Positions 10,170-20,222 are shown, counted from the first letter of the stretch. The stretch is 60,650 bases of DNA from an uncultured bacterium (GCA_963980215.1 CAXBYZ010000003.1:1-60650), one strand, 5' to 3'. A program made the numbers and translations. The notes: generated by a model not told the origin, from the sequence alone.

Positions 10170-11574
10170 AATTAGCTTTATCACCATCTCTTTAATTACT
10201 ACTTTAGCTTTTGCTTTAAGGCTGTACAAAATTAACAATCCCATTGGTGATTGGCACTCTTGGCGTCAAGCCGATACCGCCTCAGTTACCAAAGAATTTG
10301 TTAAACACAAAGTCAACTTACTTCTTCCCACCTACCATGACCTATCTTCTATTCCTTCAGGGCAACCAAATCCCAATGGTTATCGAATGGTTGAGTTTCC
10401 AATTTATAATGCTATTACCGCCAAAAGTTACTTATTCTTTCAACATCTCCTCCCTGATTTAAACTTTGATCTTTTTCACCGTCTCACCTCAGTGGTTATT
10501 TCTCTTGGCAGTCTTGTTTATTTATTCTTAATCGTTAAAAATCTTTCAGGCTTACTAACCGCAAATCTTGCTGCTTTTTTCTTTGCCATCTTGCCCTATA
10601 ACGTCTACTACTCTCGGACTATTCTTCCAGAAATACCTTTGGTGTTTTTTACCCTCGCCTTTATCTATCATTTTATTAAATCTAACTATTGGTTAAGTTT
10701 TAGTTTCTTGGCCTTAAGCTTGCTAACTAAACCCTACGCCTTGGTCTTAGCTTTACCCTTATTGTTTTATGCAATTCAAAAACAAAAAATAAAAGTATTT
10801 ACCAATCGTTCACTTTACTTACTTGCAACTTTATCTGTCTTACCATACATAGCATGGCGTCTCTGGATTAAACAATTTCCTTCTGGAATTCCTGCTTATC
10901 TTTGGCTTCTAAACTCAAACAACATTCGCTTTAAAGGCTCGTTTTTCCACTGGATTTTTGCCGAAAGAATTGGCAACTTGATTCTAGGTTATTGGGGTCT
11001 AGTTCTCTTTGGTCTAGGGTTACTTCACCAGAAGATTAAATCATCAAATTACTTTTATTTACTATGGTTTCTTAGTTTATGCATCTACATGACTATCTTT
11101 GCCACTGGTAATGTTCAGCACGACTACTACCAAGTTATCTTAATCCCCATTATCTCAATCTTTTTAGCCAAGGGGTCGGTATTTTTACTTAATCTAGGCA
11201 AAAAAAATCCCATTGCCTATCTTCTTCTGATTACCTCAACTGTTTTTATGTTAGCCTTTAGTTGGTTTAGAGTCAGGGGCTACTTTAACATCAACCACCC
11301 TGAAATTATAAATGCTGGCACCTATGTTGATCAAAACACCCCGAATGACGCAAAAGTTATTGCCCCCTACATGGGAGATACTGCCTTCTTATACCAAACA
11401 AATCGATCTGGCTGGCCAATCGGCGGAGACATCCAAGACAAGATAAAATTAGGGGCTACCCACTACGTGACCACTTCTCAAGACGACGAAGCCAATCATC
11501 TTATTGAGTCTTGCCAGCTAGTCACCAAGACAGATCATTATATAGTCATTAATCTTCAAGGCTGCCAACTATAA
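10159..11574 (+). CDS. polytopic GT-C fold glycosyltransferase (ArnT/PMT_2-like)
   Basis: Multi-TM protein with an N-terminal WHSWRQADTASV motif. ATG 10159 is preferred over the TTG 10150 used by the track. Confidence 0.6.
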   Translation: MRNKISFITISLITTLAFALRLYKINNPIGDWHSWRQADTASVTKEFVKHKVNLLLPTYHDLSSIPSGQPNPNGYRMVEFPIYNAITAKSYLFFQHLLPDLNFDLFHRLTSVVISLGSLVYLFLIVKNLSGLLTANLAAFFFAILPYNVYYSRTILPEIPLVFFTLAFIYHFIKSNYWLSFSFLALSLLTKPYALVLALPLLFYAIQKQKIKVFTNRSLYLLATLSVLPYIAWRLWIKQFPSGIPAYLWLLNSNNIRFKGSFFHWIFAERIGNLILGYWGLVLFGLGLLHQKIKSSNYFYLLWFLSLCIYMTIFATGNVQHDYYQVILIPIISIFLAKGSVFLLNLGKKNPIAYLLLITSTVFMLAFSWFRVRGYFNINHPEIINAGTYVDQNTPNDAKVIAPYMGDTAFLYQTNRSGWPIGGDIQDKIKLGATHYVTTSQDDEANHLIESCQLVTKTDHYIVINLQGCQL

Positions 11575-11578
11575 CTAT

Positions 11579-12763
11579 ATGAAGATCTTAATGTTAACTC
11601 CATACTTACCTTATCCTCTTCACTCTGGTGGCCAAATCAGAAGTTACAATCTCCTTAAGGATCTATCAAACAAGCATCAAATCACCCTATTTAGCTTTAT
11701 CAGGTCAAGTAACGAAAAAAGGCACATCAAAGAGTTAAAAAAGTTTTGTCATGATGTTAAAGTTTTTAAAAGAAGAAAAGCCTGGGACCCAAGAAACATA
11801 ATTTTATCTGGAGTAACCCTCTACCCTTTCTTGGTATCTATCTATCTATCAAAGAAATTTAAAGATGCTATCAAGAAAGAACTTGAAGACAATCAATACG
11901 ACTTAATTCACGCCGAGACTTTTTATGTTATGCCCAACCTACCAAACCCAGCCAACCTTCCCACTCTACTAGTTGAGCAAACTATCGAGTATGCTGTGTA
12001 TCAACGATACGTCAAAGACTTTAAGTTATTTATCATAAAACCCCTACTCTACTTTGATGTCTTTAAAATAAAATTTTGGGAAAAGTACTACTGGAACAAA
12101 GCTACTCGCTTAGCAGCTATGTCTACTTCAGATAAGTCAATTATGCAAAGATCGGTTAAGGGTAGAAAAGTTAATGTTGTAGCTAACGGGGTCGATGTAG
12201 ACCACTTCAATCAACTAGAGGCCCATCCACCCAAACACCCTACAGTTTTATTTGTGGGTAACTTCAAATGGTTACCAAACAAAGATGCAGTCAAATTTTT
12301 AGTCTCAAAAATTTGGCCACTTATTAAAAAACAAATCCCAACAGCCAAGCTTTGGATTGTTGGCAGAAATCCCACCAACGATATCTTAAAGTTAAATGAA
12401 GACAAAAGTATTTCAGTTACCGGCAGTTTAGATGATATTCGTACTGCCTTTAAATCTTCATCTGTCTTACTGGCTCCAATTAGAAACGGACGGGGGACTA
12501 AGTACAAGGTTTTAGAAGCCATGGCTAGCCAAACCCCAGTAGTTACCACCAAGCTTGGAATAGAAGGTGTTGATGCCCAAGGTTCAGTCTTGATTGCCGA
12601 GAGCGCAAAGGCTTTAGCCGAGAAAACAATAAAAATTCTAACTGATAAAAAACTAGCAAAAAATCTTTCAAAACAAGCTAAAAAAATACTTGACTCCAAG
12701 TACAACTGGAAAGCTATCTCAGAACAACTAGACAATATTTATCTTGAATTAGGAGGTGCCTAA
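11579..12763 (+). CDS. family-4 (GT-B) glycosyltransferase
   Basis: N-terminus ILMLTPYLPYPLHSGGQIR and C-terminal GRGTKYKVLEAMASQTPVVTT. Confidence 0.8.
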   Translation: MKILMLTPYLPYPLHSGGQIRSYNLLKDLSNKHQITLFSFIRSSNEKRHIKELKKFCHDVKVFKRRKAWDPRNIILSGVTLYPFLVSIYLSKKFKDAIKKELEDNQYDLIHAETFYVMPNLPNPANLPTLLVEQTIEYAVYQRYVKDFKLFIIKPLLYFDVFKIKFWEKYYWNKATRLAAMSTSDKSIMQRSVKGRKVNVVANGVDVDHFNQLEAHPPKHPTVLFVGNFKWLPNKDAVKFLVSKIWPLIKKQIPTAKLWIVGRNPTNDILKLNEDKSISVTGSLDDIRTAFKSSSVLLAPIRNGRGTKYKVLEAMASQTPVVTTKLGIEGVDAQGSVLIAESAKALAEKTIKILTDKKLAKNLSKQAKKILDSKYNWKAISEQLDNIYLELGGA

Positions 12764-13662
12764 TGGATCTATCAATAATTATAGTCAACTACAAGACTAA
12801 AGACTTAACCATACAAACAATAGACTCTGTCTACAAAGCTGATAAACCTCCTGGAAAACTTGAAGTTTTCCTAATTGATAATGCCTCTAATGACAGCACT
12901 CCAAAGGAAGTCAGAAAAAAATTCCCTCAAGTAAAAGTAATTGAACTCCCGGAGAACCTTGGTTTTGCTGGTGGTAATAATCCTGGCTTAAGAAAAGCTA
13001 AGGGGAGATATCAACTTCTCCTAAACTCAGACACTATCATTGAAAAAGATACCCTGACCACTATGATTAAACTCATGGATAAAGATCCAAAAATTGGCCT
13101 ATCAACTTGTAGGCTTAACTTAGTAAATGGCAAAATTGATCCCGCCTCTCATCGAGGTTTTCCTACTCCCTGGGCATCTCTAACTTACTACACCGGTTTA
13201 GAGAAATTATTTCCTAAATCAAAAATATTTTCTCAATATCATCAGGGTTGGAAAAGTCTAAAAACTACTCATGAAATTGACTGTCCAGTTGGTGCCTTCT
13301 TTTTCATGAGAAAAAAAGCCTTAGATCAGGTAGGCTTGCTAGATGAGCAATTCTTTATGTATGGAGAAGACATTGATTTGGCATACAGGATAAAAGAAGC
13401 TGGTTGGAAGATAGTTTACACTCCGAATACAAAAATTACTCACTTAAAAGGAGCTTCAGGAATTAATAAAAAAGTCAAAGATAAACTCACCCCAGAAGCT
13501 AAGCTTCAGCGCGTTAAAACAACCAAAGCGTTCTTTGAAGCCATGAAGATTTTTTATCAAAAAAACTACAGAAAAAGGTATATCTTTCTACTAAGATGGT
13601 TAGTTTTACTCGGAATTGACTTCTTTAAAGTTATAAAAATAGTAAAAATTAAACTCTCGTGA
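12763..13662 (+). CDS. family-2 glycosyltransferase (WbbL-like)
   Basis: Motifs LSIIIVNYKT, FLIDNASNDST, LNSDT and MYGEDIDLAYR. AGGAGG at 12751-12756. Confidence 0.8.
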   Translation: MDLSIIIVNYKTKDLTIQTIDSVYKADKPPGKLEVFLIDNASNDSTPKEVRKKFPQVKVIELPENLGFAGGNNPGLRKAKGRYQLLLNSDTIIEKDTLTTMIKLMDKDPKIGLSTCRLNLVNGKIDPASHRGFPTPWASLTYYTGLEKLFPKSKIFSQYHQGWKSLKTTHEIDCPVGAFFFMRKKALDQVGLLDEQFFMYGEDIDLAYRIKEAGWKIVYTPNTKITHLKGASGINKKVKDKLTPEAKLQRVKTTKAFFEAMKIFYQKNYRKRYIFLLRWLVLLGIDFFKVIKIVKIKLS

Positions 13663-13669
13663 AAACATC

Positions 13670-14761
13670 ATGAAAAAGAAAATTATCATTGATGCCCGTT
13701 TTTGGGGACCGTCTCACACAGGTCTTGGTCGGTACTCAAAGTCTCTTGTTAACTCTATAGAAAAGTTAAAACCCAACCTAGACATCACTTTACTTGTAAA
13801 CAAAAAACCACCAACCAGGCTTAAAACTATCCCTGTTTCAGCTAAACCATACTCCATCAAGGAACAACTAGAGATTCCAAAGGTACTAAATACTCACCAA
13901 CCAGATCTAGTTCACTTTCTTCACTTTAACACTCCTTTGTTATATAAAAAGCCTTTCGTAGTTACTATCCATGATCTAATCAAGCATCACTCAACCGGTT
14001 TAAACACTACCACCAGATCTATTTTAACCTATCCGTTCAAGAGGGCAGGATACTTCAAAACTATTAAACACGCTGTTTATCAATCAAAAAACATCCTCAC
14101 CCCATCAACTTGGGTAAAAAAAGACATCTTAAAGCACTACAAGATTGATTCAAGTAAAATCACCGTTACCCCAGAATCGGCTGATCAAGAATACTTTGGG
14201 CAAACTAAATCAAAGTTAATTCCTCCAAAATTCCCTTACCTTATATACATTGGCAATGCCTATCCTCACAAAAACGTTGAAGCTTTAATAAAAGTGATTA
14301 AGCAAACAAACTTAAAACTTGTCATTGTTACTGGTCGAGATATTTTTTACAGTCGTCTAAGAGACCAAATCAGAAAAGAAAAAGCACAAGATTCTATTAA
14401 GATCAAAGGTTTTACCAGCGATCGTGACTTAAAAACACTACTAAAGCACTCACTATCCTTTATTACTGCCTCACTTCTTGAAGGGTTTGGCTTACCTGGC
14501 CTAGAAGCCATGGCTTCAGAAACTATTGTTCTAGCCTCCAACAAAGCTTCTATGCCCGAGGTCTATAAAAACCATGCCATCTACTTTGACCCAACCAACC
14601 AGCAAGATATCATCAATAAAATAAACTATGTTTCAAAGCTAAAGCCATCAACGCGCCAACAGCTAATCAAACAAGCCAAACAACATGCTTCAACATACTC
14701 ATGGGAAAAAACAGCCAAAAAAACTATAAAGGTCTATGAAGATTGCCTTAGTCTACGATAG
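13670..14761 (+). CDS. family-4 (GT-B) glycosyltransferase
   Basis: Contains LEGFGLPGLEAMASETIVLASNKASMPEV. Confidence 0.8.
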   Translation: MKKKIIIDARFWGPSHTGLGRYSKSLVNSIEKLKPNLDITLLVNKKPPTRLKTIPVSAKPYSIKEQLEIPKVLNTHQPDLVHFLHFNTPLLYKKPFVVTIHDLIKHHSTGLNTTTRSILTYPFKRAGYFKTIKHAVYQSKNILTPSTWVKKDILKHYKIDSSKITVTPESADQEYFGQTKSKLIPPKFPYLIYIGNAYPHKNVEALIKVIKQTNLKLVIVTGRDIFYSRLRDQIRKEKAQDSIKIKGFTSDRDLKTLLKHSLSFITASLLEGFGLPGLEAMASETIVLASNKASMPEVYKNHAIYFDPTNQQDIINKINYVSKLKPSTRQQLIKQAKQHASTYSWEKTAKKTIKVYEDCLSLR

Positions 14762-15839
14762 GGTTAATAAATTTGGTGGGGCAGAGAGAGTTCTTCAATC
14801 ACTCCATCAAGTTTTTCCACAAGCTCCACTCTACACTGCCGTTTACAACCCAAAAACAGCTCCTTGGGCCAACATCTTTAGTATAAAACCATCTTTTCTT
14901 AATAAATTTCCTTTAGCCAAAACTCACCATGAACTTTATCCTTTATTAACCACTATCGCTTTCGAGTCATTTGACTTAAATGCCTTTGATGTTGTCATTT
15001 CTGTCACTAGTGCCGAAGCCAAATCCATCATAACTCACCCCAAAACTCTTCATCTTTGTTACTGCCTTACTCCAACCAGATATCTTTGGTCTCACCAACA
15101 ACACTACCAAGAAAAGCCAGGCCTAGGTCTTTGGTCTAAGCTTTCAAAGCTAGTCTTTTCATTTACCAAGCCATACTTACAAAAACTAGACTTAGTTACT
15201 TCTCATCGTCCAGACAAATTTATCGCTATCTCAAAAGAAGTAAAAAATCGTATTAAAAAATACTATCACCGGGACTCAAAAGTTATTTATCCACCAGTTA
15301 ACACCACTCAATTTCAATATAAAAAACCAGAAGATTACTACCTTCTAGTTTCTCGACTTACTTCATACAAAAGAGTTGATCTGGCTATCAGAACTTTCAA
15401 TCAACTTGGGGAAAAGTTAGTTATTATTGGATCAGGTAGAGAAATGAAAAACTTAAAAAAGCTTGCAAAATTAAACATCACTTTCTTAGGAAGCGTTAGC
15501 GACTCCAAACTAAAGAATTACTACAGTCGTTGTAGGGCTTTAATCATGCCTCAAGAAGAAGATTTTGGCCTGGTTAGCCTAGAAGCTCAAAGTTCAGGCA
15601 AACCAGTCATTGCTTATGGTAGCGGAGGAGCCAAAGATACTATTATAGAAGAGAAAACTGGATTACTATTTAAAGAGCCTACAGTTGACAGCCTTATGAC
15701 AGCTGTGAAACAATTTACTTCGTTAAATTGGAACCATAAATTAATCCAAGCTCACGCTAAAGAATTTGATATAAAAATATTTAGAAATAAATTTAAAAAT
15801 TTCGTGGAGGCACAATGGCAACTAACAAATCAAACATGA
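14736..15839 (+). CDS. family-4 (GT-B) glycosyltransferase
   Basis: N-terminus MKIALVYDRVNKFGGAERV and C-terminal EEDFGLVSLEAQSSGKPVIAYGSGGAKDT. Confidence 0.8.
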   Translation: MKIALVYDRVNKFGGAERVLQSLHQVFPQAPLYTAVYNPKTAPWANIFSIKPSFLNKFPLAKTHHELYPLLTTIAFESFDLNAFDVVISVTSAEAKSIITHPKTLHLCYCLTPTRYLWSHQQHYQEKPGLGLWSKLSKLVFSFTKPYLQKLDLVTSHRPDKFIAISKEVKNRIKKYYHRDSKVIYPPVNTTQFQYKKPEDYYLLVSRLTSYKRVDLAIRTFNQLGEKLVIIGSGREMKNLKKLAKLNITFLGSVSDSKLKNYYSRCRALIMPQEEDFGLVSLEAQSSGKPVIAYGSGGAKDTIIEEKTGLLFKEPTVDSLMTAVKQFTSLNWNHKLIQAHAKEFDIKIFRNKFKNFVEAQWQLTNQT

Positions 15840-16918
15840 AAGCAGTAATTTTTGCAGGGGGGGTTGGCACCAGGATGTGGCCACTAAGCAGAAAATCAAC
15901 ACCCAAGCAGTTTGAAAAAATTGTTGGAGAAAAATCAACCCTTCAATTAAGCATTGATCGTTTGCGACCGGAATTTGATTGGAAAGATATCTACATCTCC
16001 ACAGGTCAACGATATACTCACATTATCAAAAAACAACTCCCCAAAATACCCAAATCAAATATTATTGGTGAACCCGAAATGAAAGATGTTGCCCCAGCAG
16101 TTGGCTACTTAATGGCTATTTTAGCCAAAAAAGCCCCAAATTCACCAGTTATTATTCTCTGGAGTGATCACTTAATGAAGCATGTTAATAGATTCAAAAC
16201 CATTGTTATTAAGGGTGGAGAGTATATTAGAAAAAATACTGATAAATTTTTATTTATTGGTCAAAAACCTAGATTTGCTAATCAAAATCTTGGTTGGATT
16301 GAGTATGGCAAAAAACTTACTAATTTAGATAAATATCAAGTCAGTGAATTCAAATCATGGCATTATCGACCTGATCAAAAAACTGCTGATAAATACTTTA
16401 AGGGTGGGAAACATGCCTGGAATCCAGGTTACTTCATTGTTAATCCAAAGTTTGTATTTGAACAGTACAAAAAACACACCCCCAAGATGTATAAAAAATT
16501 AGCTACCCTGCAAAAAAGTTATGGAAAATTTAACCATAAACGTCAACTAAAAAAAATCTACCCCACTTTTGAAAAAATTAGTTTTGATGATGCCATCTTA
16601 ATGAAAGTACCATCAAAGCAAGCTGTAGTTGTTTCAGCTGATCTTGGCTGGAGTGACATTGGCACCTGGGAGGCATTAAAAGAGGCTTTGCAGAAAAAAC
16701 CAGATGACAACATAACTGAGGGAAAAGTAGTAGCTTTTAACACAAAGAATAGTGTCATTTACAACTTTTCTGATCAACTAGTAACAGGAATTGACCTAGA
16801 TGACATGGTGGTAGTTACTACGGAAGATGCTATTCTGGTATGTCCTCAAAAGTCCATACCTAATATTAAAAAGATGTTAAATACGTTCGACGGAACTGAA
16901 TTAGAAAAGTATCGATAA
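15815..16918 (+). CDS. manC: mannose-1-phosphate guanylyltransferase-like sugar nucleotidyltransferase
   Basis: Contains VIFAGGVGTRMWPLSRKSTPKQF. The 367-aa length is collinear with ManC/CpsB N-terminal-type enzymes. GGAGG at 15806-15810. An alternative start is ATG 15836 (ATGA overlap). Confidence 0.75.
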   Translation: MATNKSNMKAVIFAGGVGTRMWPLSRKSTPKQFEKIVGEKSTLQLSIDRLRPEFDWKDIYISTGQRYTHIIKKQLPKIPKSNIIGEPEMKDVAPAVGYLMAILAKKAPNSPVIILWSDHLMKHVNRFKTIVIKGGEYIRKNTDKFLFIGQKPRFANQNLGWIEYGKKLTNLDKYQVSEFKSWHYRPDQKTADKYFKGGKHAWNPGYFIVNPKFVFEQYKKHTPKMYKKLATLQKSYGKFNHKRQLKKIYPTFEKISFDDAILMKVPSKQAVVVSADLGWSDIGTWEALKEALQKKPDDNITEGKVVAFNTKNSVIYNFSDQLVTGIDLDDMVVVTTEDAILVCPQKSIPNIKKMLNTFDGTELEKYR

Positions 16919-16922
16919 ACCT

Positions 16923-17540
16923 ATGCACCAAGCCATCAAAAGAATAATGGATATTATTATTGCTATTATTTCCATAATAGTATTCTCTCCTGTTTTTATT
17001 ATCATCCCAATCCTCATTTGGTTAGAGAGTGGTTCGCCAATTTTTTATCGCCACAAAAGAATCGGCAAAGACCAAAAACAATTCTGGCTCTACAAATTTA
17101 GAACCATGGTCAAAAACGCTGATGAAGTTCTCTATAAAAAAAATAAAAAATTACTTAAAAAATTCATCAGTCAAGACTGGAAACTAGAAAACGATCCTCG
17201 GATCACCAAACTTGGCCGAATGCTTCGAAACCTTACCATTGATGAATTTCCCCAACTCTATAATGTCTTAAGAGGAGAGATGAGTATTGTTGGTCCAAGA
17301 GCCTACATTCCAAGAGAAATCAAAGCTCAAACTGAAAAATACAAACAAACAAAGCCTTGGATGAAAACAATCTTTAGCGTTAAACCAGGTATCACCGGCC
17401 CCTGGCAAACCTCTGGAAGAAACATTATTTCATTTGACAAGAGAGCCAAAATGGATCTTAATTATGCTAAGCATAATAATATTTGGTGGGATATCTTTAT
17501 TATCCTAAAAACCCCACAAGCTATGCTATCAAAATGGTAA
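16923..17540 (+). CDS. small monotopic phosphoglycosyl transferase (bacterial sugar transferase family, PglC/WbaP C-terminal-domain type); priming enzyme
   Basis: 205 aa with one N-terminal hydrophobic helix and the motif IDEFPQLYNVLRGEMSIVGPRA. Confidence 0.85.
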   Translation: MHQAIKRIMDIIIAIISIIVFSPVFIIIPILIWLESGSPIFYRHKRIGKDQKQFWLYKFRTMVKNADEVLYKKNKKLLKKFISQDWKLENDPRITKLGRMLRNLTIDEFPQLYNVLRGEMSIVGPRAYIPREIKAQTEKYKQTKPWMKTIFSVKPGITGPWQTSGRNIISFDKRAKMDLNYAKHNNIWWDIFIILKTPQAMLSKW

Positions 17541-19393
17541 AAATAAAGTTAAATAAAAAAGTAACCTTTGGACTTATTGGTGTTTTATCCTTCTTTCTGC
17601 TCACCCTTGTTTACTCACTTTTTGTTGGTCTATCTTTAAAGAAACCCGGAACCAGTTTAGCCAACCATCTAAAGGCCAGCCTTTCAGCTGTTCAAAACAA
17701 AGACTTAAACACTGCCAAAGACAGTCTTGCTCAAGCTCACAGAGATCTAGAAAAGGTCAATAAAAAATTTAATCTAGTTTCATGGGTCAAGTACACTCCA
17801 TTTTTTGGAGGCTATATCAAGGATGCTGATCATGCTTTTATAGCTGTTGGTCACGGTCTTGATACCGCAGATATTCTCCTTGAAGCCATTGCTCCCTATG
17901 CTGACGTTATGGGTTTTGCAGGTTCAGAAACCATGGAAGGGGTAGAGTCAGCTGAAGATAAAATCATCTTTATCCTAGACACCTTGGGTAAAATTTCTCC
18001 ACAACTAGACGAAGTTTCATCCAAAGCTATCTTGATAGAATCAGAGATCAGTCAAATCAATCCAAAACGTTACCCCAAATCAATCAAGGGTGTGGCTCTA
18101 AGAGAGCAACTTACCACCATTCAAGAAAGCTTGCGTAGCAGCAAAGAAGCCTTGGCTAACATCAAGCCATTACTAGAGCTTGTTCCTCAACTACTAGGCC
18201 AACCTGATGCCAAAAATTATTTACTAGTATTCCAAAATGAAGCCGAGATTAGACCCAGCGGAGGTTTCTTAACAGCAGTAGCTATCCTAAGAGCCCACAA
18301 AGGCAAGATCACTCCACTGCTCACCAAAGATATCTATGAGTTAGATGCTCTTTTTGGTAATAGAGAACCAGCTCCAGATCCAATCAAAAAGTACTTACCT
18401 TTAGTCTACAACTGGCACCTAAGAGACATGAACCTTTCACCAGACTTTACAGTTTCCATGGATCAATTCCTACCAAACTACAAAAAAGTAGCTACCAACT
18501 CCGACTTTGATGGTGTTATTGCCATGGACACACAAATAGTTGTTGATTTACTAAAAGTAATTGGAAAAGTAGGGGTTGCCAATTGGGGCGAGTATCATGC
18601 CGAGATCACTCCGGAGTGCAACTGTCCCCAAGTAGTTTACAAAATGGAGGACTACGCCACCAGACCAACCTACTACATCAAAGAAAACAGAAAAGGTATG
18701 ATTGGCCCCTTGATGCACTCAATCCTACTTAATGCCATGAACTCCCCAAAAAAACTTTGGCCTCAGTTTATCGAGATCGGTTTAAAGAACATCAAAAGCA
18801 AACACATCATGTTTTACTTTCCAGATAATAAAGACATGCAAGCAGTCACAGAATCCTTTAACGCTAGTGGTAGAATTAAAGATTTTGATGGTGACTACTT
18901 TCATCTAAACGATACTAACTTTGCCGGAGCTAAATCAAACTTGTACGTCAACCAAGCGGTTGACCAAGAAATTGAAGTAGATAGCCATGGCGCCATCACC
19001 AAGACTGTCACCATTACTTACACAAATCCAGAACCACAAGACGACTGCAATCTAGAGAGTGGCGGTTTATGTCTAAATGGACTACTAAGAGATTGGGTCC
19101 GAGTCTACGTTCCAGAGGGCTCAGAATTAATCGAAGTCTTAGGTTCAGACATCGACCAAATCACTTCCAAAGATCTTGGTAAAACTGTCTTTGAGGCCTT
19201 TATTGAGCTTAGACCAGAATCCAGAACAAAACTAATTATTAAATACAAGCTACCATTTAAGCATGATCAAAATAATCCATACAACCTCTTAATCCAAAAA
19301 CAACCAGGCTCAAAAGACCACGACTACACTGTTACCCTAGGAAATACCCAGAAAGAATTTGCTCTCGACAGCGACCGTCAACTTAGTTTGTAA
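17534..19393 (+). CDS. DUF4012-like membrane-anchored extracytoplasmic protein
   Basis: N-terminal TM helix after MVKIKLNKK. The motif FQNEAEIRPSGGFL resembles the DUF4012 family as I remember it. ATG 17534 overlaps the TAA of the preceding gene (ATGGTAA). Confidence 0.5.
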   Translation: MVKIKLNKKVTFGLIGVLSFFLLTLVYSLFVGLSLKKPGTSLANHLKASLSAVQNKDLNTAKDSLAQAHRDLEKVNKKFNLVSWVKYTPFFGGYIKDADHAFIAVGHGLDTADILLEAIAPYADVMGFAGSETMEGVESAEDKIIFILDTLGKISPQLDEVSSKAILIESEISQINPKRYPKSIKGVALREQLTTIQESLRSSKEALANIKPLLELVPQLLGQPDAKNYLLVFQNEAEIRPSGGFLTAVAILRAHKGKITPLLTKDIYELDALFGNREPAPDPIKKYLPLVYNWHLRDMNLSPDFTVSMDQFLPNYKKVATNSDFDGVIAMDTQIVVDLLKVIGKVGVANWGEYHAEITPECNCPQVVYKMEDYATRPTYYIKENRKGMIGPLMHSILLNAMNSPKKLWPQFIEIGLKNIKSKHIMFYFPDNKDMQAVTESFNASGRIKDFDGDYFHLNDTNFAGAKSNLYVNQAVDQEIEVDSHGAITKTVTITYTNPEPQDDCNLESGGLCLNGLLRDWVRVYVPEGSELIEVLGSDIDQITSKDLGKTVFEAFIELRPESRTKLIIKYKLPFKHDQNNPYNLLIQKQPGSKDHDYTVTLGNTQKEFALDSDRQLSL

Positions 19394-19926
19394 TGACTCA
19401 CTCCTACAAACTTGAAGCAATAGTTTTAAAAAGAACCAACTTCTTCGAAGCCGATAGATTAGTTACCGTGATCTCAAAAAAACATGGCAAGGTAGTTATG
19501 ATTGCCAAGGGGGTTAGAAAATTAACTTCAAGAAAAAAAGGCCACTTAGAACTATTCACTCATGTCAAACTTCAAGTTGTTAAAACCAAAGGTTTCGGTA
19601 TCATCACCGAAGCAGAAACCATTACAAACTTTCCCACCCTAAGGCAAAACCTAAACAGAGTTCGTATCTCATATTTACTAGCTGAGTTAGTAGATAAAAT
19701 GACCGTCGAAGAGCAAGACCACCAAGAAGTTTTTATGCTTCTTTTAGATTCCTTAACCACTCTAGACTCAAAAACTGCCACCAAAAACTTTATCGTAGAT
19801 TTTGAAACCAAACTCCTAGAACTCTTAGGCTTTGGCTTACCAAACCCGCCCATCACTCAGCAAAGACTAGAAAGCCACATCTCCTCCATCACCGATCACT
19901 CTCTAAAATCCAAAAAACTCCGTTAG
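19393..19926 (+). CDS. recO: DNA repair protein RecO (short form)
   Basis: The N-terminus YKLEAIVLKRTNFFEADRLVTVISKKHGKVVMIAKGVRK is typical of the RecO OB-fold domain. It is only 177 aa and contains no Cys. Confidence 0.75.
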   Translation: MTHSYKLEAIVLKRTNFFEADRLVTVISKKHGKVVMIAKGVRKLTSRKKGHLELFTHVKLQVVKTKGFGIITEAETITNFPTLRQNLNRVRISYLLAELVDKMTVEEQDHQEVFMLLLDSLTTLDSKTATKNFIVDFETKLLELLGFGLPNPPITQQRLESHISSITDHSLKSKKLR

Positions 19927-20222
19927 GCTATCTTGTACAAACTCCCTCTGGTTTTACCAACTTTTACTATCAAACCTTCATCTTGCAGCTTCTTTATATC
20001 ATAGTGAAGAGTTTTTGGATTAACGGCCATAAATCTTCGTTTGATAAAATCAAACGAACACAGAGGATGATCTTTCACCATCAAATAAATCTCTTTTCTT
20101 CGAGGTAAAAGCTTGTTGATCGGATCACTTTGATCAAAGCTCATTTGAGCTAAAAAATTCCTCAGGATAAACTCCACAAAGACACCAATCTCTTCGAATT
20201 CTTTATACTTACGCTTCACCAT
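19923..20222 (-). CDS. small winged-helix DNA-binding protein
   Basis: 99 aa with a C-terminal wHTH-like segment (FIKRRFMAVNPKTLHYDIKKLQDEGLIVKVGKTRGSLYKI). Confidence 0.55.
   Translation of the reverse strand: MVKRKYKEFEEIGVFVEFILRNFLAQMSFDQSDPINKLLPRRKEIYLMVKDHPLCSFDFIKRRFMAVNPKTLHYDIKKLQDEGLIVKVGKTRGSLYKIA

Noticed and set aside
12211-12735. 174-aa ORF antisense to the GT4 gene at 11579-12763
   Set aside because: It lies wholly inside a well-supported conserved gene on the other strand. It has no recognisable motif and a low-complexity composition, so it is a typical shadow ORF.
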